Shown here piece after piece: positions 28,190-39,120 of a stretch of DNA of 64,000 nt. Numbering within the stretch: the first letter of the stretch is position 1; each line of letters begins with the position of its first letter. The notes under the pieces are model-generated. The model saw only the letters and a program-made list of their open reading frames with translations, made no database searches and had not been told where the DNA came from. The position numbers were made by a program, and so were the translations under genes. The stretch lies in the NCBI RefSeq assembly GCF_988243305.1, contig NZ_OZ547136.1. One strand, written 5' to 3'.

Positions 28190-31036
28190 ATGAAACGACA
28201 TCTGAACACCAGCTACAGGCTGGTATGGAATCACATTACAGGCACCCTGGTGGTGGCTTCCGAACTGGCACGCTCACGGGGAAAAGGCGCCGGTGTGGCG
28301 GTTGCTCTGTCTCTTGCTGCTGTCACGTCAGTCCCGGCACTGGCTGCTGACACGGTTGTACAGGCGGGAGAAACCGTGAACGGCGGAACACTGACAAATC
28401 ATGACAACCAGATTGTCCTCGGTACGGCCAACGGAATGACCATCAGTACCGGGCTGGAGTATGGGCCGGATAACGAGGCCAATACCGGCGGGCAATGGAT
28501 ACAAAATGGCGGTATCGCCAACAACACTACTGTCACCGGTGGTGGTCTTCAGAGAGTGAATGCCGGAGGAAGCGTTTCAGACACGGTTATCAGTGCCGGA
28601 GGCGGACAGAGCCTTCAGGGGCAGGCAGTGAACACCACTCTGAACGGCGGTGAGCAGTGGGTACATGAAGGCGGGATTGCAACGGGTACCGTCATTAATG
28701 AGAAGGGCTGGCAGGCCGTCAAATCCGGTGCAATGGCAACCGACACGGTTGTGAATACCGGCGCGGAAGGAGGACCGGATGCGGAAAATGGTGATACCGG
28801 GCAGACCGTCTACGGAGATGCCGTACGCACCACCATCAATAAAAATGGTCGTCAGATTGTGGCTGCTGAAGGAACGGCAAATACCACTGTGGTTTATGCC
28901 GGCGGCGACCAGACTGTACATGGTCACGCACTGGATACCACGCTGAATGGGGGGTACCAGTATGTGCACAACGGAGGTACAGCATCTGACACTGTTGTTA
29001 ACAGTGACGGCTGGCAGATTATCAAGGAAGGTGGTCTGGCGGATTTCACCACCGTTAACCAGAAAGGTAAACTGCAGGTGAACGCCGGTGGTACAGCCAC
29101 GAATGTCACCCTGACGCAGGGCGGCGCACTGGTCACCAGTACGGCGGCAACCGTCACCGGCAGCAACCGTCTGGGCAATTTCACTGTGGAAAACGGTAAT
29201 GCTGACGGTGTTGTTCTGGAGTCCGGTGGTCGCCTGGATGTACTGGAGGGCCATTCAGCCTGGAAAACACTGGTGGATGACGGCGGTACCCTGGCAGTGT
29301 CTGCCGGTGGTAAGGCAACAGATGTCACCATGACATCCGGTGGTGCCCTGATTGCAGACAGTGGTGCCACTGTTGAGGGGACCAATGCCAGCGGTAAGTT
29401 CAGTATTGATGGCATATCCGGTCAGGCCAGCGGCCTGCTGCTGGAAAATGGCGGCAGCTTTACGGTTAATGCCGGAGGACTGGCCAGCAACACCACTGTC
29501 GGACATCGTGGAACACTGACGCTGGCCGCCGGGGGAAGTCTGAGTGGCAGAACACAGCTCAGTAAAGGCGCCAGTATGGTACTGAATGGTGATGTGGTCA
29601 GTACCGGCGATATTGTTAACGCCGGAGAGATTCGCTTTGATAATCAGACGACACCGGATGCCGCACTGAGCCGTGCTGTTGCAAAAGGCGACTCCCCGGT
29701 AACGTTCCATAAACTGACCACCAGTAACCTCACCGGTCAGGGTGGCACCATCAATATGCGTGTTCGCCTTGATGGCAGCAATGCCTCTGACCAGCTGGTG
29801 ATTAATGGTGGTCAGGCAACCGGCAAAACCTGGCTTGCGTTTACAAATGTCGGAAACAGTAACCTCGGGGTGGCAACCTCCGGACAGGGTATCCGGGTTG
29901 TGGATGCACAGAATGGTGCCACCACAGAAGAAGGTGCGTTTGCCCTGAGTCGCCCGCTTCAGGCCGGCGCCTTTAACTACACCCTGAACCGTGACAGCGA
30001 TGAAGACTGGTACCTGCGCAGTGAAAATGCTTATCGTGCTGAAGTCCCCCTGTATGCCTCCATGCTGACACAGGCAATGGACTATGACCGGATTCTGGCA
30101 GGCTCCCGCAGCCATCAGAGCGGTGTAAGCGGTGAAAATAACAGCGTCCGTCTCAGCATTCAGGGCGGTCATCTCGGGCACGATAACAACGGTGGTATTG
30201 CCCGTGGGGCCACGCCGGAAAGCAACGGCAGCTATGGCTTCGTCCGTCTGGAGGGTGACCTGCTCAGAACAGAGGTTGCCGGTATGTCACTGACGACAGG
30301 AGTGTATGGTGCTGCAGGCCATTCTTCCGTTGATGTTAAGGATGATGACGGCTCCCGCGCCGGCACGGTCCGGGATGATGCCGGCAGCCTGGGCGGATAC
30401 CTGCATCTGGTACACACGTCCTCCGGCCTGTGGGCTGACATTGTGGCACAGGGAACCCGCCACAGCATGAAAGCGTCATCGGACAATAACGACTTCCGCG
30501 CCCGGGGCTGGGGCTGGCTGGGCTCACTGGAAACCGGTCTGCCCTTCAGTATCACTGACAACCTGATGCTGGAGCCACAACTGCAGTACACCTGGCAGGG
30601 ACTCTCCCTGGATGACGGCCAGGATAACGCCGGTTATGTGAAGTTCGGGCATGGCAGTGCACAACATGTGCGTGCCGGCTTCCGTCTGGGCAGCCACAAC
30701 GATATGAACTTTGGTAAAGGCACCTCATCCCGTGACACCCTGCACGACAGTGCAAAACACAGTGTGCGTGAACTGCCGGTGAACTGGTGGGTACAGCCTT
30801 CTGTTATCCGCACCTTCAGCTCCCGGGGAGACATGAGCATGGGTACAGCCGCAGCCGGCAGTAACATGACGTTCTCACCGTCCCGGAATGGCACGTCACT
30901 GGACCTGCAGGCCGGACTGGAAGCCCGTGTCCGGGAAAATATCACCCTGGGCGTTCAGGCCGGTTATGCCCACAGTGTCAGCGGCAGCAGCGCTGAAGGT
31001 TATAACGGTCAGGCCACACTGAACGTGACTTTCTGA
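28190..31036 (+). CDS. flu: Antigen 43 self-associating autotransporter adhesin (948-aa allele)
   Basis: Extended signal peptide MKRHLNTSYRLVWNHITGTLVVASELARSRGKGAG, beta-helix passenger repeats, C-terminal beta-barrel ending ...GQATLNVTF. Confidence 0.9.
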   Translation: MKRHLNTSYRLVWNHITGTLVVASELARSRGKGAGVAVALSLAAVTSVPALAADTVVQAGETVNGGTLTNHDNQIVLGTANGMTISTGLEYGPDNEANTGGQWIQNGGIANNTTVTGGGLQRVNAGGSVSDTVISAGGGQSLQGQAVNTTLNGGEQWVHEGGIATGTVINEKGWQAVKSGAMATDTVVNTGAEGGPDAENGDTGQTVYGDAVRTTINKNGRQIVAAEGTANTTVVYAGGDQTVHGHALDTTLNGGYQYVHNGGTASDTVVNSDGWQIIKEGGLADFTTVNQKGKLQVNAGGTATNVTLTQGGALVTSTAATVTGSNRLGNFTVENGNADGVVLESGGRLDVLEGHSAWKTLVDDGGTLAVSAGGKATDVTMTSGGALIADSGATVEGTNASGKFSIDGISGQASGLLLENGGSFTVNAGGLASNTTVGHRGTLTLAAGGSLSGRTQLSKGASMVLNGDVVSTGDIVNAGEIRFDNQTTPDAALSRAVAKGDSPVTFHKLTTSNLTGQGGTINMRVRLDGSNASDQLVINGGQATGKTWLAFTNVGNSNLGVATSGQGIRVVDAQNGATTEEGAFALSRPLQAGAFNYTLNRDSDEDWYLRSENAYRAEVPLYASMLTQAMDYDRILAGSRSHQSGVSGENNSVRLSIQGGHLGHDNNGGIARGATPESNGSYGFVRLEGDLLRTEVAGMSLTTGVYGAAGHSSVDVKDDDGSRAGTVRDDAGSLGGYLHLVHTSSGLWADIVAQGTRHSMKASSDNNDFRARGWGWLGSLETGLPFSITDNLMLEPQLQYTWQGLSLDDGQDNAGYVKFGHGSAQHVRAGFRLGSHNDMNFGKGTSSRDTLHDSAKHSVRELPVNWWVQPSVIRTFSSRGDMSMGTAAAGSNMTFSPSRNGTSLDLQAGLEARVRENITLGVQAGYAHSVSGSSAEGYNGQATLNVTF

Positions 31037-31366
31037 TAATCAGGTCACTCCCCTTCAGGCCCCGGTCATTATGACCGGGGCCTTTTACTTTCAGGGATCA
31101 ACAGATATGCCGGGTTGTGCATCACGTTTATTGCCCGAAGCCCCTTTTGCTGCCAAATGGCATCTGAATTGATCACAGTCTGGCCGGTTATTACCCGATG
31201 GGGATATTGGGTGATCTCCTTCCATGAAAATACGCAGCTCACCAGTGAAGGGCTTCTCAGACAATAAACGTCATTCATTTCATTTGTCAGGCCGCGTCTT
31301 CTCCGGGAGACGTGGCTTTTTCATTTATTACACCAGTAAATCTTAACCACCGATAAGGAGCAAATT

Positions 31367-32188
31367 ATGCGACTAGCCAGTCGTTTTGGTTATGCTGCAA
31401 ACCAGATACGCCGTGACCGTCCGCTGACACACGAAGAACTGATGCACTATGTTCCCAGTATTTTCGGTAAAGACCGGCATACTTCCCGCAGTAAACGGTA
31501 TGCGTACATTCCCACCATCACCGTGCTGGAAAGTCTGCAGCGGGAAGGCTTTCAGCCATTCTTCGCCTGCCAGACCTGTGTGCGCGACCCGGGCCGCCGG
31601 GGATACACAAAACACATGCTGCGCCTGCGCCGTAACGGAGAGATAAACGGAGAACATGTCCCTGAAATTATTCTGCTCAACTCTCATGACGGTACCTCCA
31701 GCTACCAGATGCTGCCGGGTTACTTCAGGTTCGTCTGCCAGAACGGATGCGTCTGTGGTCAGTCTCTGGGGGAAGTGCGTGTTCCGCACCGGGGAAATGT
31801 GGTGGACAGAGTCATTGAAGGGGCTTACGAGGTGGTGGGCGTGTTTGACCGGATAGAGGAGAAGCGTGATGCCATGCAGTCGCTGATTCTGCCGCCACCG
31901 GCACGCCAGGCGCTGGCACAGGCGGCACTGACTTACCGTTATGGTGACGAACATCGGCCCGTCACCACCGCCGACATTCTGACGCCACGACGCCGGGAGG
32001 ATTACGGTAAGGACCTGTGGAGTACTTATCAGACCATCCAGGAGAATATGCTGAAAGGCGGGATTTCCGGTCGCAGTGCAAAAGGAAAACGTATCCACAC
32101 CCGTGCCATTCACAGCATCGACACCGATATTAAGCTCAACCGCGCATTGTGGGTAATGGCAGAAACGCTGCTGGAGAGCCTGCGCTGA
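31367..32188 (+). CDS. DUF932-family protein (YfjQ/YafZ-like)
   Basis: 273 aa, the size of YafZ/YfjQ; conserved position after Ag43 in CP4-type islands. Confidence 0.7.
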   Translation: MRLASRFGYAANQIRRDRPLTHEELMHYVPSIFGKDRHTSRSKRYAYIPTITVLESLQREGFQPFFACQTCVRDPGRRGYTKHMLRLRRNGEINGEHVPEIILLNSHDGTSSYQMLPGYFRFVCQNGCVCGQSLGEVRVPHRGNVVDRVIEGAYEVVGVFDRIEEKRDAMQSLILPPPARQALAQAALTYRYGDEHRPVTTADILTPRRREDYGKDLWSTYQTIQENMLKGGISGRSAKGKRIHTRAIHSIDTDIKLNRALWVMAETLLESLR

Positions 32189-32433
32189 TGCAGCATGTCC
32201 CTGAAGGCGTGATTCAGGCACCAGAATCACCCGACGCCCCGGAGGCGCTGCCGGGGTGTCGTTCCATTTCTGATGATGACCTGTGCGCCTGGTGTACCCG
32301 TCTGCTTTACCGTCCCGGAGAAATCAGTCTGTGCAGACTGAGTACAGGCAATGGCATCTGGCCATCCGTCTGTGACCGGAACGGTTACGCGTACGGCTGT
32401 CCGGAATTTCAGCCGAATATCATTCATCCCTGA
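32188..32433 (+). CDS. DUF905-like small protein (YkfF-like)
   Basis: 81-aa ORF whose start overlaps the upstream stop (tgATG); assignment by position and size. Confidence 0.45.
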   Translation: MQHVPEGVIQAPESPDAPEALPGCRSISDDDLCAWCTRLLYRPGEISLCRLSTGNGIWPSVCDRNGYAYGCPEFQPNIIHP

Positions 32434-32526
32434 TATTACCGGGTCTCACGGTCAGTGATGAACGTGATGTTGCCAGCTCCCGACCTTTACTCCCTCTCAT
32501 TTATTCACATTACAAGGATTTCATAC

Positions 32527-33000
32527 ATGAAAACATTGTCTCAGAACACCACCTCTTCGGCCTGTGCACCGGAGACTGGCCTGCAACAACTGGTTGCCAC
32601 CATAGTCCCTGATGAACAGCGCATCAGCTTCTGGCCGCAGCATTTTGGCCTCATTCCACAGTGGGTGACCCTGGAGCCCCGTGTCTTCGGCTGGATGGAC
32701 CGTCTGTGCGAAAACTACTGCGGTGGTATCTGGAATCTGTACACCCTGAACAACGGCGGGGCATTTATGGCCCCTGAACCGGATGACTATGATGACGAAA
32801 CATGGGTACTGTTCAATGCCATGAACGGTAACCGCGCTGAAATGAGCCCGGAAGCCGCCGGCATTGCCGCCTGTCTGATGACGTACAGTCATCACGCCTG
32901 CCGTACGGAGTGTTATGCCATGACGGTTCATTATTACCGTCTGCGGGATTACGCCCTGCAGCATCCGGAATGCAGCGCCATTATGCGCATTATTGACTGA
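32527..33000 (+). CDS. Antirestriction protein (KlcA/ArdB-like; YfjX/YafX family)
   Basis: 157 aa from MKTLSQNTTS; family recalled from CP4 prophage homologues. Confidence 0.7.
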   Translation: MKTLSQNTTSSACAPETGLQQLVATIVPDEQRISFWPQHFGLIPQWVTLEPRVFGWMDRLCENYCGGIWNLYTLNNGGAFMAPEPDDYDDETWVLFNAMNGNRAEMSPEAAGIAACLMTYSHHACRTECYAMTVHYYRLRDYALQHPECSAIMRIID

Positions 33001-33015
33001 AAGGGGGCAGGAACA

Positions 33016-33492
33016 ATGCAACAGCTTTCCTTTCTGCCCGGAGAGATGACGCCCGGCGAGCGCAGTCTCATTCTGCGGGCCCTGAAAACCCTGGACCGCC
33101 ATCTTCATGAACCCGGCGTGGCCTTCACCTCCACCCGTGCGGCACGGGAATGGCTGATTCTGAACATGGCGGGACTGGAGCGTGAAGAGTTCCGGGTGCT
33201 GTATCTGAATAACCAGAATCAGCTGATTGCCGGTGAAACCCTCTTCACCGGCACCATCAACCGCACGGAAGTCCATCCCCGGGAAGTGATTAAACGCGCC
33301 CTGTATCACAATGCCGCAGCCGTGGTGCTGGCACACAATCACCCGTCCGGTGAAGTCACCCCCAGTAAGGCAGACCGCCTTATCACGGAACGTCTGGTAC
33401 AGGCACTGGGCCTGGTGGATATCCGGGTGCCGGACCATCTGATAGTCGGTGGCAGCCAGGTTTTCTCCTTTGCCGAACATGGTCTGCTTTAA
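33016..33492 (+). CDS. RadC-like JAB-domain protein (YeeS/YkfG/YfjY family)
   Basis: JAMM-like motif HNHPSGEVTPSKAD; 158 aa. Confidence 0.85.
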   Translation: MQQLSFLPGEMTPGERSLILRALKTLDRHLHEPGVAFTSTRAAREWLILNMAGLEREEFRVLYLNNQNQLIAGETLFTGTINRTEVHPREVIKRALYHNAAAVVLAHNHPSGEVTPSKADRLITERLVQALGLVDIRVPDHLIVGGSQVFSFAEHGLL

Positions 33493-33554
33493 CCCGCCAC
33501 AACCACATCACACCTGTTTTCACTTTTATCTTCTGTCTTCAGAGGTATCCCATT

Positions 33555-33776
33555 ATGAAAATCATCACCCGTGGTGAAGCCATGCGTATTCACCAACAGC
33601 ATCCTGCATCCCGTCTTTTTCCGTTCTGTACCGGCAAATACCGCTGGCACGGCAGCACTGAAACGTATACCGGTCGTGAAGTGCAGGATATTCCCGGTGT
33701 GCTGGCCGTGTTTGCTGAACGCCGTAAGGACAGTTTTGGCCCGTATGTCCGGCTGATGAGCGTCACTCTGAACTGA
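33555..33776 (+). CDS. DUF987 protein (YeeT-like)
   Basis: 73 aa, position between RadC-like and toxin-antitoxin genes. Confidence 0.65.
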   Translation: MKIITRGEAMRIHQQHPASRLFPFCTGKYRWHGSTETYTGREVQDIPGVLAVFAERRKDSFGPYVRLMSVTLN

Positions 33777-33794
33777 GTCAGTAAGGGCATTCTG

Positions 33795-34439
33795 ATGAGC
33801 AGAATTATCACCACCACCGTGTATACACTGCATGAGCTATCCTCCACCGCACAGGAAAAAGCCCGCGACTGGTACCGTCAGCATCATGCTGACAGCAACT
33901 GGTATGAAAACGTGTATGAGGACTTCAGGGAGGTCTGTGGCATTTTCGGAATTGACCTCCGCCAGCGCGTTTTCCGGCTCAGCAACGGCAGGTTTATGGA
34001 AGAGCCGTGCATCTGGTTCAGCGGATTCTGCAGTCAGGGGGACGGAGCCTGTTTTGAAGGGCGCTGGCACTGGCAGCCAGCGACACCCCGGAAAATCAGG
34101 GAATATGCCCCTCAGGACCGTGAGCTTCATCGTATCGCGGATGCCCTGCAGGCGGTACAGAAGCGTAACTTCTGGCAGTTACAGGCTGAAATCAGTCACC
34201 GGGGACGTTACTGCCATCCGTACAGCATGGATATCACCGTCACCCGGAACAGTCCGACTGGTCAGGCACTGACAGCCGATGCGGAAGCCGCTGTCAGCGA
34301 AGCCCTGCGCGACCTGGCCTTCTGGCTGTACCGCCAGCTGGAAAACGAGTACGACTGGCTGACCTCAGACGCCGCTGTAGATGAGGCCATTCACATCAAT
34401 GCATATACCTTCACCGAAGCCGGTCTCCACGCCGGCTGA
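33795..34439 (+). CDS. hypothetical protein (214 aa) inserted between the yeeT-like and cbeA genes
   Basis: Clean ORF with Trp/Cys-rich composition; not part of the K-12 CP4-44 gene order. Confidence 0.5.
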   Translation: MSRIITTTVYTLHELSSTAQEKARDWYRQHHADSNWYENVYEDFREVCGIFGIDLRQRVFRLSNGRFMEEPCIWFSGFCSQGDGACFEGRWHWQPATPRKIREYAPQDRELHRIADALQAVQKRNFWQLQAEISHRGRYCHPYSMDITVTRNSPTGQALTADAEAAVSEALRDLAFWLYRQLENEYDWLTSDAAVDEAIHINAYTFTEAGLHAG

Positions 34440-34488
34440 CCTGTCATCGTTAAACTATCATTCACCAATTTTTTGTGAGGATTTGATC

Positions 34489-34866
34489 GTGTCAGACACA
34501 CTCCCCGGGACAACACTTCCCGACGACAATCACGACCGCCCCTGGTGGGGGCTGCCCTGCACCGTGACGCCCTGTTTCGGGGCACGTCTGGTGCAGGAGG
34601 GTAACCGGTTGCATTACCTTGCAGACCGCACCGGTATCAGAGGCCGGTTCAGCAATGCGGATGCATACCATCTGGACCAGGCTTTTCCACTGCTGATGAA
34701 ACAACTGGAACTCATGCTCACCAGCGGTGAACTGAATCCCCGCCATCAGCATACCGTCACGCTGTATGCGAAAGGGCTGACCTGCGAAGCTGATACCCTT
34801 GGCAGTTGTGGTTACGTTTATCTGGCTGTTTATCCGACACCGGCAGCACCCGCAATCACCGTATAA
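34489..34866 (+). CDS. cbeA: CbeA/YeeU-family type IV antitoxin (cytoskeleton bundling-enhancing factor)
   Basis: GTG start; SDTLPGTTLPDDNHDRPWWGLPCTVTPCFGARLVQEGNRLHYLADR matches YeeU. Confidence 0.85.
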   Translation: MSDTLPGTTLPDDNHDRPWWGLPCTVTPCFGARLVQEGNRLHYLADRTGIRGRFSNADAYHLDQAFPLLMKQLELMLTSGELNPRHQHTVTLYAKGLTCEADTLGSCGYVYLAVYPTPAAPAITV

Positions 34867-34912
34867 CCCCGGATATCTCCCCTTTATCACCACCTGTTAC
34901 AGAGAACTTAAG

Positions 34913-35287
34913 ATGAATACATTACCCGACACTCACGTACGGGAGGCATCGGGCTGCCCGTCTCCCGTCACCATCTGGCAGACACTGCTCACCCGACTGC
35001 TGGACCAGCACTACGGCCTCACGCTGAATGACACACCGTTCGCTGATGAACGTGTGATTGAGCAGCATATTGAGGCAGGTATTTCACTGTGTGATGCGGT
35101 GAACTTTCTCGTGGAAAAATACGCGCTGGTGCGTACCGACCAGCCGGGATTCAGCGCCTGTACCCGCTCTCAGTTAATAAACAGCATCGATATCCTCCGG
35201 GCTCGCAGGGCGACCGGCCTGATGACCCGCGACAATTACAGAACGGTAAATAACATAACCCTGGGTAAGCATCCGGAGGCGAAATGA
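34913..35287 (+). CDS. cbtA: CbtA/YeeV-family type IV toxin (inhibitor of FtsZ/MreB polymerisation)
   Basis: 124 aa; LLDQHYGLTLNDTPFADERVIEQHIEAGISLCDAVNFLVEKYALVRTDQPGFSACTRSQLINSIDILRARRATGLMTRDNYRTVNNITLGKHPEAK matches YeeV. Confidence 0.85.
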   Translation: MNTLPDTHVREASGCPSPVTIWQTLLTRLLDQHYGLTLNDTPFADERVIEQHIEAGISLCDAVNFLVEKYALVRTDQPGFSACTRSQLINSIDILRARRATGLMTRDNYRTVNNITLGKHPEAK

Positions 35288-35775
35288 TGAAACTGGCCCT
35301 GACGCTGGAAGCCGACAGCGTTAACGTACAGGCACTGAACATGGGGCGCATTGTCGTTGACGTCGATGGTATTGAGCTTGCTGAACTGATTAACGTGGTC
35401 TGCGATAACGGTCACTCCCTTCGTGTTGTTGATGAATCTGACCGAGCCTCAACAGACTGCACGCCACCATTTGCTGCCCTGACCGGCATACGCTGCAGTA
35501 CCGCGCATATCACGGCAAAAGACAACGCCTGGCTGTACTCGCTGTCGCATCAGACGAATGACACCGGCGAATCAGAATGGATTCATTTTACAGGCAGCGG
35601 ATATCTGTTACGTACCGATGCGTGGTCATACCCGGTTCTGCGGCTTAAACGCCTGGGCCTGTCAAAAACGTTCCGCCGCCTGGTTGTCACACTCATCCGA
35701 CGTTATGGCGTCAGTCTCATTCATCTGGATGCCAGCGCTGAATGCCTGCCGGGTTTACCCACTTTCGACTGGTAA
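35284..35775 (+). CDS. YeeW-like protein
   Basis: 163-aa ORF overlapping the cbtA stop, conserved position. Confidence 0.65.
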   Translation: MMKLALTLEADSVNVQALNMGRIVVDVDGIELAELINVVCDNGHSLRVVDESDRASTDCTPPFAALTGIRCSTAHITAKDNAWLYSLSHQTNDTGESEWIHFTGSGYLLRTDAWSYPVLRLKRLGLSKTFRRLVVTLIRRYGVSLIHLDASAECLPGLPTFDW

Positions 35776-35777
35776 CC

Positions 35778-35984
35778 ATGAACAACATGAAATCATTAAC
35801 CACGGAAACCGCACTGGATATTCTGATTGCGTGGCTGCAGGACAATATCGACTGCGAATCGGGAATTATCTTTGACAACGATGAGGATAAAACAGATTCG
35901 GCAGCACTGTTGCCCTGTATCGAACAGGCCAGGGAGGGTATCCGTACCCTGTGCCAACTGCAGCTTCTGCACCAGAACCGATGA
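35778..35984 (+). CDS. small DUF957-like protein (tentative)
   Basis: 68-aa ORF from MNNMKSLTTETALDILIAWLQDNIDCESG. Confidence 0.35.
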   Translation: MNNMKSLTTETALDILIAWLQDNIDCESGIIFDNDEDKTDSAALLPCIEQAREGIRTLCQLQLLHQNR

Positions 35985-36073
35985 GTCTTACTCATTCACT
36001 CACCAGACTTCATTCCAATGACGTCAGCCTGAACAGGGCTGGCGTTTTCGTTTATAAACCAAAAGGAAAAACG

Positions 36074-36919
36074 ATGATGTCAGATATCACAATCTCCCGC
36101 CTGGAAGTGGTCAACGGACATACGGACATTATCTGCTCCACCTCAGTCAGCCACATTCTGGCTGTGCGAAAGACTACACTGCTGCAAATCGACACACTTA
36201 TCCGGCAACTGACTGAAATATCAGCAATGACAGAAAGTATTGGCGGTAAAACCGCACTGGACTGGGCCATGAAACAGGATTTTCGCTGCGGCTGCTGGCT
36301 CATGGATAAACCTGATACAGCAATGAAAGCTATCACCCGCAATCTCGATCGCGAAATCTGGCGTGACCTGATGCAATGCTCCGGGATGCTTTCCTTAATG
36401 GATGCACAGGCCCGTGATACATGGTACCGATCACTGGAGTACGATAATTTTCCGGAAATCAGTGAAGAGAATATTCTGAGTACGTTTGAGCAGCTACACC
36501 AGAATAAGGATGAAGTGTTTGAGCGAGGAGTGATCAACCTCTTCAGAGGGTTGAGCTGGAATTACAAAACCAATTGCCCCTGTAAATTTGGCAATAAAAT
36601 TATCGTCAACAATCTGGTGAGGTGGGACCGGTGGGGATTGCATCTTATCACCGGGCAACAGGCAGATAGACTTGCCGACCTGGAAAGAATGCTGCATCTG
36701 TTCAGCGGCAAACCGATCCCCGACAACAGGGAAAACATAACTATTCATCTGGACGAACATATCCGGTCTCTTCAGGGAAAAGAATGCTATGAAGATGAGA
36801 TGTTCATTATTAAATACTTTAAGAAGGGCTCTGCGCACATCACGTTCAGGAAGCCAGAACTGGTTGACAGACTGAATGATATTATCGCAAAACACTATCC
36901 TGATATGCTGGCAGTATAG
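36074..36919 (+). CDS. DUF4942-like protein (tentative family), last gene of the island before serX
   Basis: 281 aa from MMSDITISRLEVVNGHTDII; family assigned from memory of CP4-type island ends. Confidence 0.55.
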   Translation: MMSDITISRLEVVNGHTDIICSTSVSHILAVRKTTLLQIDTLIRQLTEISAMTESIGGKTALDWAMKQDFRCGCWLMDKPDTAMKAITRNLDREIWRDLMQCSGMLSLMDAQARDTWYRSLEYDNFPEISEENILSTFEQLHQNKDEVFERGVINLFRGLSWNYKTNCPCKFGNKIIVNNLVRWDRWGLHLITGQQADRLADLERMLHLFSGKPIPDNRENITIHLDEHIRSLQGKECYEDEMFIIKYFKKGSAHITFRKPELVDRLNDIIAKHYPDMLAV

Positions 36920-37029
36920 CTTTGCCAGTATGCTCAAAGATCGGAAATTGTCCGATAAGATATGATCGTGGGGCATATAAACCGGTTTCAGATGGCATAC
37001 CCGGTGGCATACTGTCTGGAAGGATAAAT

Positions 37030-37062
37030 AAAAAAGCGCATGTTAAACAATAACATGCGCTT
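37030..37062 (-). terminator. Rho-independent terminator of serX
   Basis: Hairpin gcgcatgtta...taacatgcgc with a U-tract on the minus strand immediately 3' of the tRNA. Confidence 0.6.
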
Positions 37063-37068
37063 GTAATC

Positions 37069-37156
37069 TGGCGGTGAGGGGGGGATTCGAACCCCCGATA
37101 CGTTGCCGTATACACACTTTCCAGGCGTGCTCCTTCAGCCACTCGGACACCTCACC
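37069..37156 (-). tRNA. serX: tRNA-Ser (anticodon GGA), 88 nt with long variable arm and CCA end
   Basis: Reverse complement reads GGTGAGGTGTCCGAGTGGCTGAAGGAGCACGCCTGGAAAGTGTGTATACGGCAACGTATCGGGGGTTCGAATCCCCCCCTCACCGCCA. Confidence 0.95.
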
Positions 37157-37350
37157 AAATTGTTGTTCCTGTCTTGCTGGAACGGGCGCTAATTTAGGGA
37201 AATCATGACCTGAGGTCAACAAACTTTTTTAAAAAATCGCGCGTTTATTCAAACTTCAATCAATATGCAGTTTTAATAAGCGAAATCTGCTTTTTTTGCC
37301 ACCGACCACGGATTTGTTATGCTGGTGGCTTTTGTAGATCATAACGATAA

Positions 37351-38328
<978 letters not shown>

Positions 38329-38382
38329 TAAAGCATCAGGTTTCCTGCTATCCTTGGCGGGAATTGAATACAGGAGAGAGTT

Positions 38383-39120
38383 ATGTATCCCGTCGACCTT
38401 CATATGCATACCGTTGCCAGCACGCATGCATATAGCACATTGAGTGATTACATTGCCCAGGCCAAACAAAAGGGCATTAAACTTTTTGCGATCACCGATC
38501 ATGGCCCGGATATGGAAGATGCGCCGCATCACTGGCACTTCATTAACATGCGTATCTGGCCGCGAGTGGTTGATGGGGTTGGGATCCTGCGCGGCATCGA
38601 AGCTAACATTAAAAATGTTGACGGTGAAATTGACTGCAGTGGCAAAATGTTTGATTCGCTGGATCTGATTATTGCCGGTTTTCATGAGCCGGTGTTTGCG
38701 CCGCATGACAAAGCGACCAATACGCAAGCGATGATCGCCACTATCGCCAGCGGCAATGTGCATATAATAAGCCATCCCGGAAATCCGAAATATGAAATAG
38801 ATGTTAAAGCCGTTGCTGAAGCAGCTGCGAAACATCAGGTGGCGCTGGAAATCAATAATTCCTCATTTTTACACTCACGTAAGGGCAGTGAAGACAATTG
38901 TCGTGCGGTAGCCGCAGCGGTACGTGACGCTGGAGGTTGGGTGGCATTAGGCTCGGATTCTCACACCGCGTTTACCATGGGTGAATTTGAAGAGTGTCTT
39001 AAAATCCTCGACGCGGTAGATTTTCCGCCAGAGCGCATTTTGAATGTTTCTCCGCGCCGCTTACTGAACTTCCTTGAATCTCGCGGTATGGCACCGATTG
39101 CGGAATTTGCAGACCTTTAA
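38383..39120 (+). CDS. ycdX: PHP-family phosphatase YcdX
   Basis: 245 aa, [21 protein letters not shown]-domain start. Confidence 0.95.

Noticed and set aside
28190-30000. Periodic repeats that could be mistaken for a CRISPR or tandem-repeat array
   Set aside because: The periodicity is the coding beta-helix repeat of the Ag43 passenger domain; the same applies to the Gly/Asn-rich repeats in csgA and csgB. No direct-repeat/spacer array is present anywhere in the window.
28577-30181. Long minus-strand ORFs (225, 163 and 308 aa) inside the Ag43 gene
   Set aside because: They lie antisense within a well-supported autotransporter gene; the repetitive, GC-rich passenger region generates open antisense frames, and they have no start context or recognisable family.
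31373-32230. 285-aa minus-strand ORF opposite the DUF932 gene
   Set aside because: The plus-strand 273-aa ORF matches the YafZ/YfjQ size and island gene order; the antisense frame has no support.
32521-33480. 319-aa minus-strand ORF spanning the antirestriction and RadC-like genes
   Set aside because: It is antisense to two conserved plus-strand genes with recognisable motifs; treated as a frame artefact.
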